This document shows, in pieces, positions 51,586 through 64,000 of a stretch of 64,000 nucleotides of DNA. A program made the translations under genes and the position numbers. Within the stretch, counting starts at the first letter, position 1, and each line of letters opens with the position of its first letter. The stretch is from Lama glama. Taxonomy: Eukaryota. The DNA lies in the NCBI GenBank assembly GCA_028534125.1, contig CM052817.1, positions 70,496,001 through 70,560,000 of the forward strand. The letters are read 5' to 3'. The notes beneath the pieces were generated by a model. It searched no databases, was not told the DNA's origin, and saw nothing but the letters and a program-made list of their open reading frames with translations.

Positions 51586-53091
51586 CTAAAAATGATTCAG
51601 TTTGCATTTAAGAGTTATACTGACCAATGATAGTTACATCCTAGGGAAAACAGATTTTCAGATCAATTTTGTCATTAGGTGGGTCCTACACAGATATGAT
51701 TCTGATTTTCATTTTTAGGGGGAGTTATCTCCCACAGCAGCCTTCTACATTGATCAATACTATTTCCCCTTATAAAGGAAGGGGCTACAGTCTATCACTT
51801 AGGCCATTTATGTATGAAAAACATGAACTTAGGTGTTCATGTCATTTTTCTCAAGTCTATATTTTTACCTGGCAGCTAATTGTATATCACCAGTCCTGAA
51901 AACAACTTATTGGATTTAATCCTCAATAGAACAATACACATTTTGAACCCGGATCTAGCGTTATAGTAACAAAGGTCCAAATAAATTTCTCCCATCTCCA
52001 CCCACTAAGTCCACCCCGCGTAAACGCAGGGAGAAATTCCAATCACTATCAGTTTCCCATGGTCCAGCCTACAGATGGGTAGATCATTCACTGAACACAA
52101 AGGCTCAATTAATGCTTAGAAATACTTCCACTTTTCCACAGTGTTCTTATTTTGTTCTCATGACATCTCTATGAGGTGATCTAGGATGTAATTTTTTTTC
52201 CTTTTACAGTGAGGAAATAGATGTATGTGTATTCTGAATGCAAGCAAATCTGAATTTTGTGACACTAATACTAAGATTAATTTATATGGTTAAGCATTTT
52301 CATCCAAGGAGGCTCACTGCACTATAAACATATGGCCCATTCTTCAGCAGAGATGATCATAGCTATTTTAGTTCTAGATCTGGGGCTCCCTGGCTGCACT
52401 AACCTGTTCATCTTTTCTATACTAAAAACTACTCAAGGACAGGAGCATGTTCTTTCTTTTTCCTTATGGATACTTCACAGCATCTACTTCAGAATCACCC
52501 ACTAGGTGCATGAGTGGGTGGGTAGGTACCTAAATAGATAAGATGAATCTTAGGGTTAATCAGGCCCTGGTTGGTTTTAGGAAACCAGTGATAGTGATCA
52601 GCAGAATAGCCAACCCTCTGAAGAAGAAGAGCTTGTAAAGCCCATAGGAAAAAAATTCAGTTGTTACATATGTAGGGACCATGTGGTATGTCAAATTATT
52701 CATAATGACTAACAGTGGGAAAGATAATACACCCAGATTTTTACATACTAATGTGATCTCTGATGGATACAGCAGATCATCTAAAGTCCTTTTCCTTTTT
52801 AACAACCACAACTTTATTTAGTGTGTCGTTATATGATTTCAACATACAGCTCTGATATTAAAGTAACCCTTCTCTTAAACTTAATTTTCTTATCTAATAC
52901 TATCTCCTGAGGAGTATGTTTCACAAACCAGATCAAGAATCTCCTTGATTTCTTACGATCTTCTTGATTTTAGCCATTTCTTGGGTAAATAATGGAAGCC
53001 CAGAAACATCAAATACCATGAAACTAATCCCTGTGATTAGAATCTGAATTCTGAATACTGTCCATATTCTCCTGGTCAGATTCTTTTCTGC

Positions 53092-53272
53092 CAGGGGTGG
53101 GCAAACCACGGCTTACAGGCTAAATCTAGCCCAGGGATTATTTTTGTACAGCCTGAATGTTTAAAAAAATTTTAAAGTGGCGTTAAAAAAATGGGATAGA
53201 GACTGTACATGGCCTGCAAAGTCTAAAATGTTTACTATCTGTTCGTTTATAGAAGAAGTTTGCCAACCTCTG
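53092..53272 (+). mobile_element. MER58-like hAT-Charlie DNA transposon
   Basis: TIRs caggggtgggcaaac / gtttgccaacctctg; internal catggcctgcaaagtctaaaatgtttactatctg. Confidence 0.8.
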
Positions 53273-53798
53273 TTATCCAGGGAAACCCTTGGAGATACTA
53301 CCAAATTCTGCAAAGCTACAAGTGCCCTGCTTATTTCTGTCTTTTCTAATGATCTAGAAAATTAGGTGTAATCTTTATTTGGAAAAAGAAAACATTGTCA
53401 AAATAACCCATATAAATAATACCTAATTTTGTAGAAACTATAGTCACGGATTTTAATCTTGAATTATTTGGATTCACTGAAATTAGGCTATCCTTACTTA
53501 ATTGGTAATGATCTTACAAGCCTATTAAAAATTCACAGAGATGTCATTGGTAGATTGATGGGGAGTATTAAAACAAAATTAAAGCATCATATAGCTTGTA
53601 TGTTTTGACAAAGAAAACAGATGTCTAATTTAAAACCAATTACTTTTTTAGAGTTAATGTAGTCTCTAGAAGGACAGAAAGTTAAAAAAAGAAGAGGATA
53701 CTATATATCAATACTCATGCCATTTGGGCTTCAAACCTATAATCAAAGTGGTGATAACAATGATTCTTTAAGTGACAGTATATATTTTTCAGTATTAC

Positions 53799-53843
53799 CT
53801 GCTCTCCATCAACTCCTGGGACTCCTGGAGATCCTGGCTCTCC
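53799..53843 (-). CDS. COL25A1: COL25A1 exon (GEPGSPGVPGVDGEQ)
   Basis: Acceptor ttatcttaacag, donor gtaata, 45 nt. Confidence 0.94.
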
Positions 53844-56800
53844 CTGTTAAGATAAAAATTGATAGCTAGCTTCTATTTATTATTGGGAGCATAGCATACT
53901 AGACAAAAATGATGCTAGTTGGTAACAGTACAATTTAACTTTTAGCAAATGCAACATAGCCCAAGAGTGCATTATTAACATCATATCAAATAACTATAAA
54001 AAGTGAAATAACATATTTGAATATCATGTATAATACTACTTGTATGTAGCTAAGATCCAGTGTTTTTATTTTTTCCCCATGTGAGATGCAGGCTATAAAA
54101 AAAATGGTGAAAAAAACTGATATCATTTGATGCCTGACCATATCCTATAGCAATAACCTATATTCCTCAGTCAGTTTTTTTCCCCTTAAAAAAAAATCTA
54201 TATGATTTCTCTTATTTTCCAACTTGAGAAAAAAGCAAAACATGATAAATTAACTTTACGGAAGAATAAAATGCAAAGCCCCATAAGTTTATAATATTTT
54301 AACTGCCATCATTTGAACAGTAAATACAAATTCATGATTGTGAATGTGCTATTTCCGGACAAGCCTCACTGAAGGAAATAATAAATCAGATAATATCTTA
54401 ATCCTCATAAAGTTCCTTTTGGATCAATTCAATTTCCTATACTATGCTAGGAATGAACAAAATTTACTATTAATATAATGATTTATTAGAACCCTTGACA
54501 AACCCAAAATATACGGATTTATTTTTTCTTAACTGAAGATGTTCCATTGAAAACAAATTTAAACAATATGTTAGAGATTTACTCAAACAACGAATGTCTA
54601 ATTACCTTTCAGTCAGAAAGGTACTGAACAAACCAATTGCTTGAAAGGCAAGATATTATTTTATATCAATGAGTTATGTGTAGATCCCATTATAAACATT
54701 TTTGCTTCTCACCCTATGGAAACTTTGCAAAAACAGGTCTTTTGAGTGTGAATGGCCTGCCCCACAGACAGATTTCCAAGGAAGCTGACTTGAGTCTGCA
54801 TTTTTCTAGAAGGGCTTGCTTGATGATATTATAAACCACAATATTGAAATGGCTAGAGCTCCTTTCCTTGGTAAAAACTTTAAGAACTATTGGTCACAAT
54901 GAAATTTGAGCCTTCCAAATGTTAAAGGAAGGCATGAGAAACAAATGAAAAAAAGAAAAAAAAGACCTTTTTAAAATTCCAGATTTCCTGCTCTTTGTGG
55001 TAACAACAACGTTTATTTTGTCACAGACAAGTCTGCTGAGGTTGGATGAAACTGGCTAAGCCTTAGGCTCATTCAGTATGAATACTTGTAAGCACTCTGG
55101 GTCCAATAATAGTTGCTTAAGTTTATACCTTCAAAATGTGACCCACAAATGTTTTAAAGAAAAATATAATTCATGAGTTATTCATTTATCCTTCACCCAC
55201 CAAAAATATTGTTAAGAGTCATTTGATGTATAAGAAGTCAAGCAGTCCTTGTTTGATAAAGGAAGGAGCAACGCTAATTGAAAAGGTGCCCATTCAGTCT
55301 GAGGCTGGGAGTCCCGAGGGAGACTGGGTTTTATATTTGACTCTCGCTACATCTGCTGACTCCTGGTCATAGGCACATCTTACCTCGATTATCTCAAACT
55401 TCTCAAGGAAAGATCATGGAAAGCATAAAGGACTATACCAACTGACCCAAGATCTCAATTACAAGGTCACTGCAGGGGTGTGAGGTGGGGTAGACTGATG
55501 GCACAGTGGGAAGTGGCAGGGGTAAGAGGTGAGGTAGTGGGACTAAGCCCCTCCTCCCATCTCTTTTGTCTAGACATTCATTTGGCCAATTACCCCCTGC
55601 TTCTCAGTTTCAGCTCAGTCATCCTTAACCCCAAGACTGAGAGAAGCTTCCATATACATCTTAACCAAAGCACTCACTCTATTCATTAATAATTATGCGT
55701 TTGCTTGCCTTTCTCCCTCTGAAGGCTGAAAGCTCCTTGTTGAAACCCTTTACTATTTCCTAGTATCTTTACTAGATATAGTACTTATCATGAAATAGAG
55801 ACCCTCAAATTAATTATTGATAAATAGAATTAATAAGTGAATAGCAATTGCATTATAAAACACAGGGGATGCAGGTTTTAATGATACAGCCTTCTTGGCT
55901 AGGTAGTCCTTCTTGCCTCTTTTGGCTCAAGTGTCTTTTGGATTTCTGTAGGCCTTTGGGCTTGCAAAGAAGAGTCAAGTCCCTGAAGTTTTTGAGGTTT
56001 GTACTGAATAAGGTACATATTTAGCATTGAGGACAATTTTGGTTCTGGAGACTTAGTCCAGTGAGTGGGAAAAAGCAAGGAACTTATGTCTTGGTTGACT
56101 TCACACAGAAGAAAAAGGAATCTGCAGATTTCCTTCTGGGTTTTCTAGCCCAGCTGACCAAGATATTAAAGAATAAGGATCCAGGCCAACTTGCTTGCCA
56201 AGAATAAAGACTGCATTTGAATGGAGCATCTTTTGGGTTATATCTCCCAGGGACTAGAATTTGGTGGAGAAATAGAAAGTTAAAAAATTCCCCCAAACTT
56301 ACATTAATGCTGTACATGAAATGTGTCTGAATTAGAGTCTATGTTCTAAATATATCTCTAAATATAGCTGAAGACCTCAGTAACATTGTACTATGCATTC
56401 TTTTTTATAACAGAAAAATACTTGTTTCTATATGCTAGCATTCTATTTTAAGTATCTTGAAAGAGAAAGGTACAAAAGCTGGTGTGTGTGTATGTGTGTG
56501 AGAGATAGACTTGGCAAATAAACTGCTATAAGAGACATAAACAAAAGATGGATTTCAACACTATTTGAATCACCTACAAAAAAACCCAATGATGAAAGTC
56601 ATATTTCAACACGTGTAGCTCTGAAAAGCCAGTCACTGGCCATGTGTTACTTGATCAAACGTGGTTGAATAATCTTTAGTTTGGAGAGATAAAGTTAATG
56701 CAACCAACAAACTTAAGATATACTCAAGTAATTCTAAGTTTCTACTGTTCAGTGTTTTTATGTTTTATTAGATGAAATTTAAATTGTGGAATGGTTGAAT

Positions 56801-57301
56801 GTATGTAACAGGATGTGTTATAAAAATGACTGAAAATGTTTCCTAAAATTGTCATTTGTGAATGCATCATGCTAAGGCTTTTCTTTTCCTTTCTTTTTTA
56901 ATTACAAAAGAATTGAAAGAAAGGATCTTTTTAGTGTCAGAGTAAATTTTCCTTCAGTCCTCCTCTATTTAAATATTTTCCTTTTTCCATACACAACCTT
57001 TAGTGTTTCTTTACCTTTATGATTTCTGTGAAACTTGTTTTTCCCTTGTTTAATATTCTGTTTTCCTCTAGAAATTTAATGCCATTTCTATTTCCCTCCC
57101 TTCTTTCCTAATTTTTCTTTTTTCTGAATCCCTCTTCCTTCAGCCCAGACCTCAATTTCTATTGTAAGCTCTTTTAAGCAATATTGGTGATCTCAGCTCC
57201 TTCAGTATTTTATAAGATTGATTTTTCAAAGACACATACATTTAATATGGAATTCTCTGCACCATATGTTGTAAATGGAAACAAGTAAAATAAAGAATAA
57301 C

Positions 57302-57346
57302 CTTTGGCCCTTGTAGTCCTTGAGGTCCAGGTGGTCCAGGGGGACC
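57302..57346 (-). CDS. COL25A1: COL25A1 exon (GPPGPPGPQGLQGPK), start of the COL3 domain
   Basis: Acceptor tctgaatttag, donor gttatt, 45 nt. Confidence 0.94.
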
Positions 57347-57951
57347 CTAAATTCAGAAAAGACAAAGTTTTAAAAAGTAGCAAGTAAATGTATTAAAATG
57401 TATGTTTTAAATAATAAGTACACTACACATCTCCCTAATTTCTATCATAATCAAATACTCTCTAGTATTGATTTTCAAAGAGGAAACATTTCACTGGTTA
57501 TAGAATTATAAAAACTACCTACTTGCATGCAAAAAACTGCAACATACTTAGGTCAAAATAATGCTTTAGAGTTGATCTGTAAGACAATGTAAAATTGCTG
57601 TCGTGTCCCATCCTCATCTTTTCGGGTTGAATTAGCTTCCTAATGTTACCTGTGTTTCTAGAAACACTTCTCCCCTCCCCTAACAAAGACTTTGATTTCC
57701 CAAACACTAAAGAACAAAGCCGTATTATTAAGATAAGGCCAAAGACTTTTAAGAAAAATAATAACATTTTTTCCTGACTTTTCACTAAGCAAAGTGATCC
57801 AACTGGGACAAATGTTGTAAAAGGTTACTAAAATAAGAAAACGTAAAATTAAATCTCAGATAAAAACAACTGCTACATTAGTACCATTATACCAGCATGC
57901 ATCAACACCAAATACAGTCACAAACCACAGAAATCATGCAATAGGAGTTAC

Positions 57952-57975
57952 CGTGACAGTTAAGGTGGTAATCCT
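57952..57975 (-). CDS. COL25A1: COL25A1 24-nt micro-exon (RITTLTVT, NC3 domain)
   Basis: Acceptor ttttcccaacag, donor gtaact; joins LHEALQ to GPPG as in collagen XXV. Confidence 0.92.
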
Positions 57976-58794
57976 CTGTTGGGAAAATGTATTGATAAAG
58001 ACAGAGTTACCTAATTTGTGTGCCAAAGTACAAGTATACATTTCTGATACAATCAACGTTTTGACTATGTTTTGGCAAGACTGATATCCGATAAGGAACT
58101 GACAAGATACTGAGAACATATTATCTTATCTTCAAATAAATACCACAGATTGTAAAGATTCTTTGAAAAATTATTTTTAGAATTTTAAAATCTATGGATA
58201 AAGAAAAAAGAAATGTCAAAATTTTCATTGACCTTATTTTTTAAAATTATGTAGTAAAATTGCATATACACTAGAGGTTAGTCAATTTGTGAATTTGTGC
58301 ATATTTGTGAATATCGGTTAATACCATTACTTTCCCTTCTAATATCCCAATCCAATTTCTAATTCAAGTTGTTGGTACTGTTTTTTATTTTTCTTGTAAA
58401 AAATTATCTTACGTTATCTATCTCATTTCAAACACTTGAGTTTTTAGTGACATGGTGTCATCCTTAGAAAACAATGCATTTATGCATGTATACAGATGGT
58501 TCATGTTTGTATTCTGCAATAAAATCAGCCACAGTCATTAGAGCTTCAGAGAAAACAGGGTACGAAAAAACAACCAGTGCTTCTAAGATAAAAGGCAAAA
58601 TGGTCACAAACTGGGGGCAAGAATAGTTAAAAAACCAAGGCCCAGAGTTTTATACCATCGTATCTATGTAACAGAAGACCCCACTTACTTTCCTTAAGGA
58701 TTCACCTAGAGCAAGAGTTGAATTTATGGTTAAGAGAAGGTTACTTCTTTGCTCCTATATGGGTAGATGAGTCATTTAAAAAAGGCTATTAGAA

Positions 58795-58872
58795 CTGTAG
58801 TGTGCACTTAAGAATTTGTTAAGGGGGTAGATCTCATGTTAAATGTCCTTAACACAATAAAAAATAAACATT
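58795..58872 (+). mobile_element. Very short L1 3'-end insertion
   Basis: aatttgttaagggggtagatctcatgttaaatgtcctt...aataaaaaa flanked by TSD aaaaag(g/c)ctattagaa. Confidence 0.7.
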
Positions 58873-59789
58873 AAAAAGCCTATTAGAAAACTATAGAGTA
58901 GAAATAATTTCTTTATTATTGCCTTCCAATTACATATTACATTTTTAACTAGAAAGCAAAATCATAAAACCTTAGAAAGGGAAGGGGTTTAAAATTCGAA
59001 CTCTCAAAGATTTTCCACCCTGAGCCATACGTGATTCATTTTCTACCTAAATACAAAACTAGTTTGTCTTTTCTAAAATTTAAGCGTAGCAACATTTTTA
59101 TAATGAATTGCATAAATAAAAGAATATTATTATTGGTAACTGAAATATCTAACAGAGGGAGTTTAAATAATCTTGTTAGATAAGCATACTTGTGAGATCT
59201 GAAGTTTACACAGGGCAAGTTTCACACTGTTAATAGAAGAACAAATGACAGAAAACTAAGCTAACTTCTCAGGAACATAGTTTTTACTGCTATCCTGAAG
59301 AACCAGTGTGCAGACACTCAGAGACACCCTAAAGATGTTGGCTCATTCAGGATTTCTTGTATCTGGTTCCTCTACATAAACTCAGCAGGATTCTCTGTTG
59401 AACTTCAGTTATGATTTGAAAACCAGAATTTTTGGTAGTGATGGAGAAAGACACGTCATTCTCCACTGAGGGGTAATGTGAAATGGGAAGCAGGAGTTAG
59501 AGCAACTGCAAATTGTTGAGGGCTAGCAGGCTGCTTTGTGATTTTTTTTCTCTGAGATGCTTATGTGAATCTCTTTAGAATTAAAGGTTATTTTCTTTCA
59601 CTTCTCATAATGATGCAAGCTTAAAATCACCCATGATTTACACTAGAGAACAGGTTTAGTTTATATGTTGTTGAGAAATTTTAAAAGCTTGAGTTAGGAA
59701 ATGAAAATGTTTTAGTGCTAATTGTGGAAATGAAACCACCTTAAATAAAAAGCAAAATAAAGGACTTATAACAATTGTTCATGTAAATA

Positions 59790-60435
59790 CACACATACCT
59801 CAGAGATATTGTGGGTTAGGGTTCCAAAACATCATAATAAAGTGAATATTTTAATAAAGTGAGTCACAGAAATTGTTGGTTTCCCAGTGCATATAAAAGT
59901 TATGTTTAAACTATAGTCTACTAAGTGCAATAGCATTATGTCTAAAAAAAGTACATACCTTAATTAAAAAATACTTTACTGCTCAAGGACATATTGTACA
60001 ACAGAGGGACTATAACCAATATTTTACAGTAACTATAAATGGAGTAAAGCTTTAAAAAGTGTAAGTCACTACATTGCACACCTGTAACTTATATAATACT
60101 GCACATCAACTATACTTCAATAAAAAATACTTTATTGCTAAAAAATGCTAACCATCATCTGAGCCTTCACAGAGTCATAATCTGTTTGCAATAGTAACAT
60201 CAAAGATCACTGATCACAGATCACCATAAGAAATGTAATAAAAGTTAACAAGTTTGAAATATTGTGAGAATTACCAAAATGTGACTCAGAGACATGAAGT
60301 GAGCAAATGCTGTTGGAAAAATGGGACCAACAGACTTGCTAGGTGCATGGTTACCATAAACTTTCAATTTGTTAAAAAAAACACATTATCTTCTAAGTGC
60401 AATAAAGTGAAGCACAATGAAAGGAGATATGCCCG
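59790..60435. mobile_element. Internally deleted Tigger1 (Tc1/mariner-pogo) element
   Basis: Both ends present (ca..catacctcagagatattg / gagatatgcccg) with flanking TA; Tigger1 text gtttcccagtgcatataaaagttatg and agatcactgatcacagatcacc. Confidence 0.88.
59984..60120 (+). mobile_element. L1 3'-end fragment nested in Tigger1
   Basis: aactataaatggag...acacctgtaacttatataat...caactatacttcaat; 19-bp TSD taaaaaatacttta(c/t)tgct (59965-59983, 60121-60139). Confidence 0.82.
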
Positions 60436-60755
60436 TAACAATTTTCAATAGTGTTATCAGTGAAATTTTATGTTTTTAATGTGATATTTTTATAACTGTA
60501 ATATACTCTTATTTATCTAACTACCCCAGATTCTGTTGCAGATTTTTTTTTTTTAAGAGGAGGCAGTAGTGAAATAAAATCAGCAAAACTGTGAATATCC
60601 ATCACTGGTTAGAGAGTTAGGAGAACAAATGTCTATTACTTCCTCTCAATCTAGTGGCTATTTAGCTTAATTTATTTTGTTAGGGACTCTTAATCCCCTA
60701 GACAACTATGTTGGGAAAACAAATAGTTTTGATGTGGAAAAATTACTATAGGTAT

Positions 60756-60786
<31 letters not shown>

Positions 60787-62299
60787 TTTTTCTATAAGCT
60801 ATTTATAAGCACAACATATAGTTGCCTAAGCAACCTTATAAGAATAAATCTTTAGGTTGAGATATAAACATAAACTAGTTGACAGTTATGGATACTGACT
60901 AGTTTACATTCATACAGAACTTGAGGTGAAAAAAGAAACTGAGCACATCTATCCTTTCATATCAAGATGTAAATGTGAGATTTTTTTTTTTAAAGGTCAG
61001 TGTGCTTAGGCACATCAACAAAGAGAATTCAGAAGTTCCTAAAAAATAACCCTAAGCATAATATTAGTTTATGGACTCTTAGAAAAAAATCTGTTCCAAA
61101 AACATCCTCATTTTACAGATCAGGTCAATGAAGTATAGATACATTAAGTGATATCCCCCAAATGACTCAGCTAGTTATTAGCAGAGGGGGAATCAAAACA
61201 GATTTTGGTTTTAGACTAAGAGTAGCTTGCTTCATGCCAGGCTTTTTTCATGCAAATGATGCTTTAAAACTCTTCCACAACTTCTCCAGAATGGCCATGG
61301 CCCATAACATTGGAGCAAAGCTCGGAAGGTAAGAGAGTGGATACCTCTTAAAGGTGGTAGTAAGAGTTATGGTGCCAATGGAAGCAGTTTAAGGGAAATT
61401 TACAATATTGCTAATGAAGTTAAAAAAAATGTCCCTATACTTTTTAAGTAAGAACTTTGACAACATCGTAGGTAAACAAAACTTCTTGTTCTTTCTCTTT
61501 TTCTTTACACACACAGTTATCAACTTGTGGAGAAAGGGAACAACTTAGAAAACTGGTTCTAGAACTTGACAATAGCCCAGAGGCTACTGCTTGTGTCTAA
61601 ACAAACTATACTGAGGAGTAGTAACTCAAACTGTTGACCGAACGTACTGCCCACGCAACGTTTCTCCAAGCAGTAAGCATGCTTTGCTTTGTGCTTTACC
61701 AGAAGAAAAGAGAAAGAAAAGAACAGAAAAATAGGCTAAGCTGAAAACAGATTCTGTAAAAACTACTTAATAAATGCTTTACTAGTTAAAAATGATAGTT
61801 GTAACAAAGAACCCATAGAACTGTAGATCTACCATCATTAGATAATGGTAGTGAAATCATTCGGATGGAAAAAAACATTCAAACAAGTGCAAAATGGAAA
61901 ATATTTAAAACAACTAATATAGCTTTCAAGCAAAGAAATGAATTGTGCATATGAACTAAGTATACTCACTAACTCAACCAGTAACAGTTTAATTACTATT
62001 TAGATGTCCAGACCTAGGTGGGGCACATTGGAGGATGCAAATAAGCATAAGACATGTTTCCTGTCAACAAGTAATTTACACTTTGGTAAGGGGCAACATT
62101 GAAGTAAATTATGGGATTTAAGAATAATTAAATGTTAAACTACTGCTAATTGTTTAAAAGGATTAAGAACAGGAGCTCATCTGGGTGGCAGCAGGGGATT
62201 GCTGGATGGGATTTAGACGGATAAAAGAAAGAAAGAAAAAGGATGAACCAGGAAAAAAAAAAGGGAGGATTTTTATGAATATGATAAATATATTATAGA

Positions 62300-63250
62300 G
62301 AAATAAAAAAATTCTATTCAGGAAAGGCAGGATTATAGGGCCTTGAAAATCAGATGGAGAAGTTTGGTCTCAATAGGGTAGGCAAAGGGGTCACTTAGGT
62401 TTCTGAACAGACTAGAGTCATCAAAAATAGTGATAGTTTAGGAAAATTAGCCATGAGTGATATACTGGATAGATGAGAGGAGTAAGGAGGCACTGGGGGT
62501 AGAGGAAATGTTTAAGGGCTTATTGCAACATTAGACCTGAAATTATCAGGATGCGGACCTAGTTGGGAATGGAAAGAAGGAGGCAACCTTGACAGATACT
62601 TCACAAAAGGCAACAGTAGCTTCAGTGAGATACAATGGATGAAGGACTAAGAATAGTTTAAAAATGACTCTGAAGTTTCCACCATAAGAAATCAGAAAAC
62701 TTATGGTATCATTAGCTGGTGAATTAGGAAAGGGAGTCATTCGGTAGGTGGGAAAGGTAACCAGTAAATTGTGTGTACTGGTGGAAGTTGACAAGGCAGT
62801 CTTGCACCCACAGCGGAAATATTCCTGGACAGGTAGAGTGTCTGCAGATCAGGCCTGGAGATGATAGACTTGCAAGCCTTAACACGAGAGAACACAGAGG
62901 GAGTGACTGTACCAAGAAAAGACTTGAGGATACTCCAAATTAGGGAACGGGCAGAGAAACTGGAAATATGAAAACAGAGTGAATCCGTCAAAGAAGAAAA
63001 CTGGAACATGAGAGTAGAGGGTACGAAAAACCAGAAAGACAGACTTTCAAAAGGAAAGTGGTTAGTACAAACGTCACATAAAACTCAGGAGTGAGGAGTA
63101 CAGTGGGCTTGACCTAGATGTTTATTGCTGACCTCTGTAAGAGAAATTTCAACAAAATGATGATATAGGCTAGAACATAAGGATCTAAGTATGAAAAGGA
63201 TGATAAGGAAGCAAAGGTGATGAGGACAAGCCACACAGTCTATGTGTTTT
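62300..63250 (-). mobile_element. L2 LINE fragment
   Basis: Purine-rich text typical of antisense L2 (aaaatgactctgaagtttcc; tcaggcctggagatgatagacttg); approximate. Confidence 0.6.
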
Positions 63251-63289
63251 TACTTAACGCAAGAAAAAGCACTGAATGGCAGCAGTCGT

Positions 63290-63530
63290 AAGAAGCACTT
63301 ACAGAGGGTTTATTATGTGCCAGGCACTGTCTAACACACAGTATGTATTTAGACATTTATTCCTCATAACAGCCCTATGTGTGTTTTGAGGCAGATACTG
63401 CTGTTGTCCTCATTTTCAGATGAAAAAACTGAGGTACAGTGAACTAAATAACTTGCCCTAGCTCATGCACTTAGTAAGCAAGAGATTTGAACCCAGGCAG
63501 CTCCAAGTCCAGAGCCACGGGGCTCTAAAT
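63290..63530 (+). mobile_element. MIR SINE
   Basis: tatgtgccaggcactgt...cattttcagatgaaaaaactgaggtacag...taacttgccc...gatttgaacccaggcag. Confidence 0.8.
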
Positions 63531-63814
63531 GGCTTTGCTAGGCTCACTTTTTAAGCAAAGAGACAAAGATTGGCAAAACCAATACAAGATTTAAACCAGA
63601 AAAGACTAAAGAATAACCTGAAGGTAGAGGGGAAAGAAAAGAAAAGATTGTAAAATGCCAAGAAATTAAGAGGATAAACTGGGGCAGGGAGAAGATGGGT
63701 TAAGGAGTTCAGGGAGAAGGTGTGCTTTGAGCAGTGGAGTGCCTTTGATCTGAGGTGGGGGGACGAAGCTGATATTAACACACACTACATGGGTCTCATC
63801 AGCTTCATTGTCTC

Positions 63815-63846
63815 TGTGTGTGTGTGTGTGTGTTTGTGTGTGTGTG
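63815..63846. repeat. (TG)n microsatellite, read as (CA)n in the COL25A1 pre-mRNA
   Basis: Directly visible. Confidence 0.95.
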
Positions 63847-63876
63847 GCTGGCGGTGGCGGGGGGGCGGTCACTTGC

Positions 63877-63954
63877 CTGCAAGGCTTCGTGGAGGTTGCC
63901 ATTGTAGTCTATGATCTCGGTGGCTCCCTGATCCCCCTTTTGACCAGGTGGACC
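63877..63954 (-). CDS. COL25A1: COL25A1 exon (GPPGQKGDQGATEIIDYNGNLHEALQ), COL2/NC3 boundary; the gene continues off the right end of the window
   Basis: Acceptor ttttttcatag, 78 nt, non-canonical donor CAG|gcaagt. Confidence 0.94.
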
Positions 63955-64000
63955 CTATGAAAAAATCAACCAAGGGAAAATCATAGGGGTTAGATTAGGA

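Overview
Mammalian genomic DNA, most likely camelid (alpaca/camel), judged from six copies of a Vic-1-like tRNA-derived SINE. Two genes lie in tandem on the minus strand. The first is the 5' half of ETNPPL (ethanolamine-phosphate phospho-lyase): exons 1-5 at 7388 to 766, with a CpG-island promoter. The second is the 3' part of COL25A1 (collagen XXV/CLAC-P): 17 coding exons from 63954 to 26507, then a last exon that starts with the stop codon and carries a ~5 kb 3'UTR. The rest is intron or intergenic DNA with SINE, MIR, L1, L2, MaLR and DNA-transposon relics, a 500-N assembly gap and a probable 3'UTR retrocopy. The most interesting signal is the splicing architecture at the COL25A1 3' end. Two paralogous, frame-neutral C-terminal exons (DAPCPL vs DAPCQL) are separated by an intron with a perfect 16-bp inverted repeat that also covers decoy acceptors. 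RBFOX motif clusters follow several alternative or micro-exons. There is also a GC-AG intron with a CA repeat, a candidate unannotated 50-nt exon that would bypass the stop and extend the C-terminus, and a CpG-dense patch around one exon. All gene and repeat names come from reading the sequence and from recall; no database was searched.
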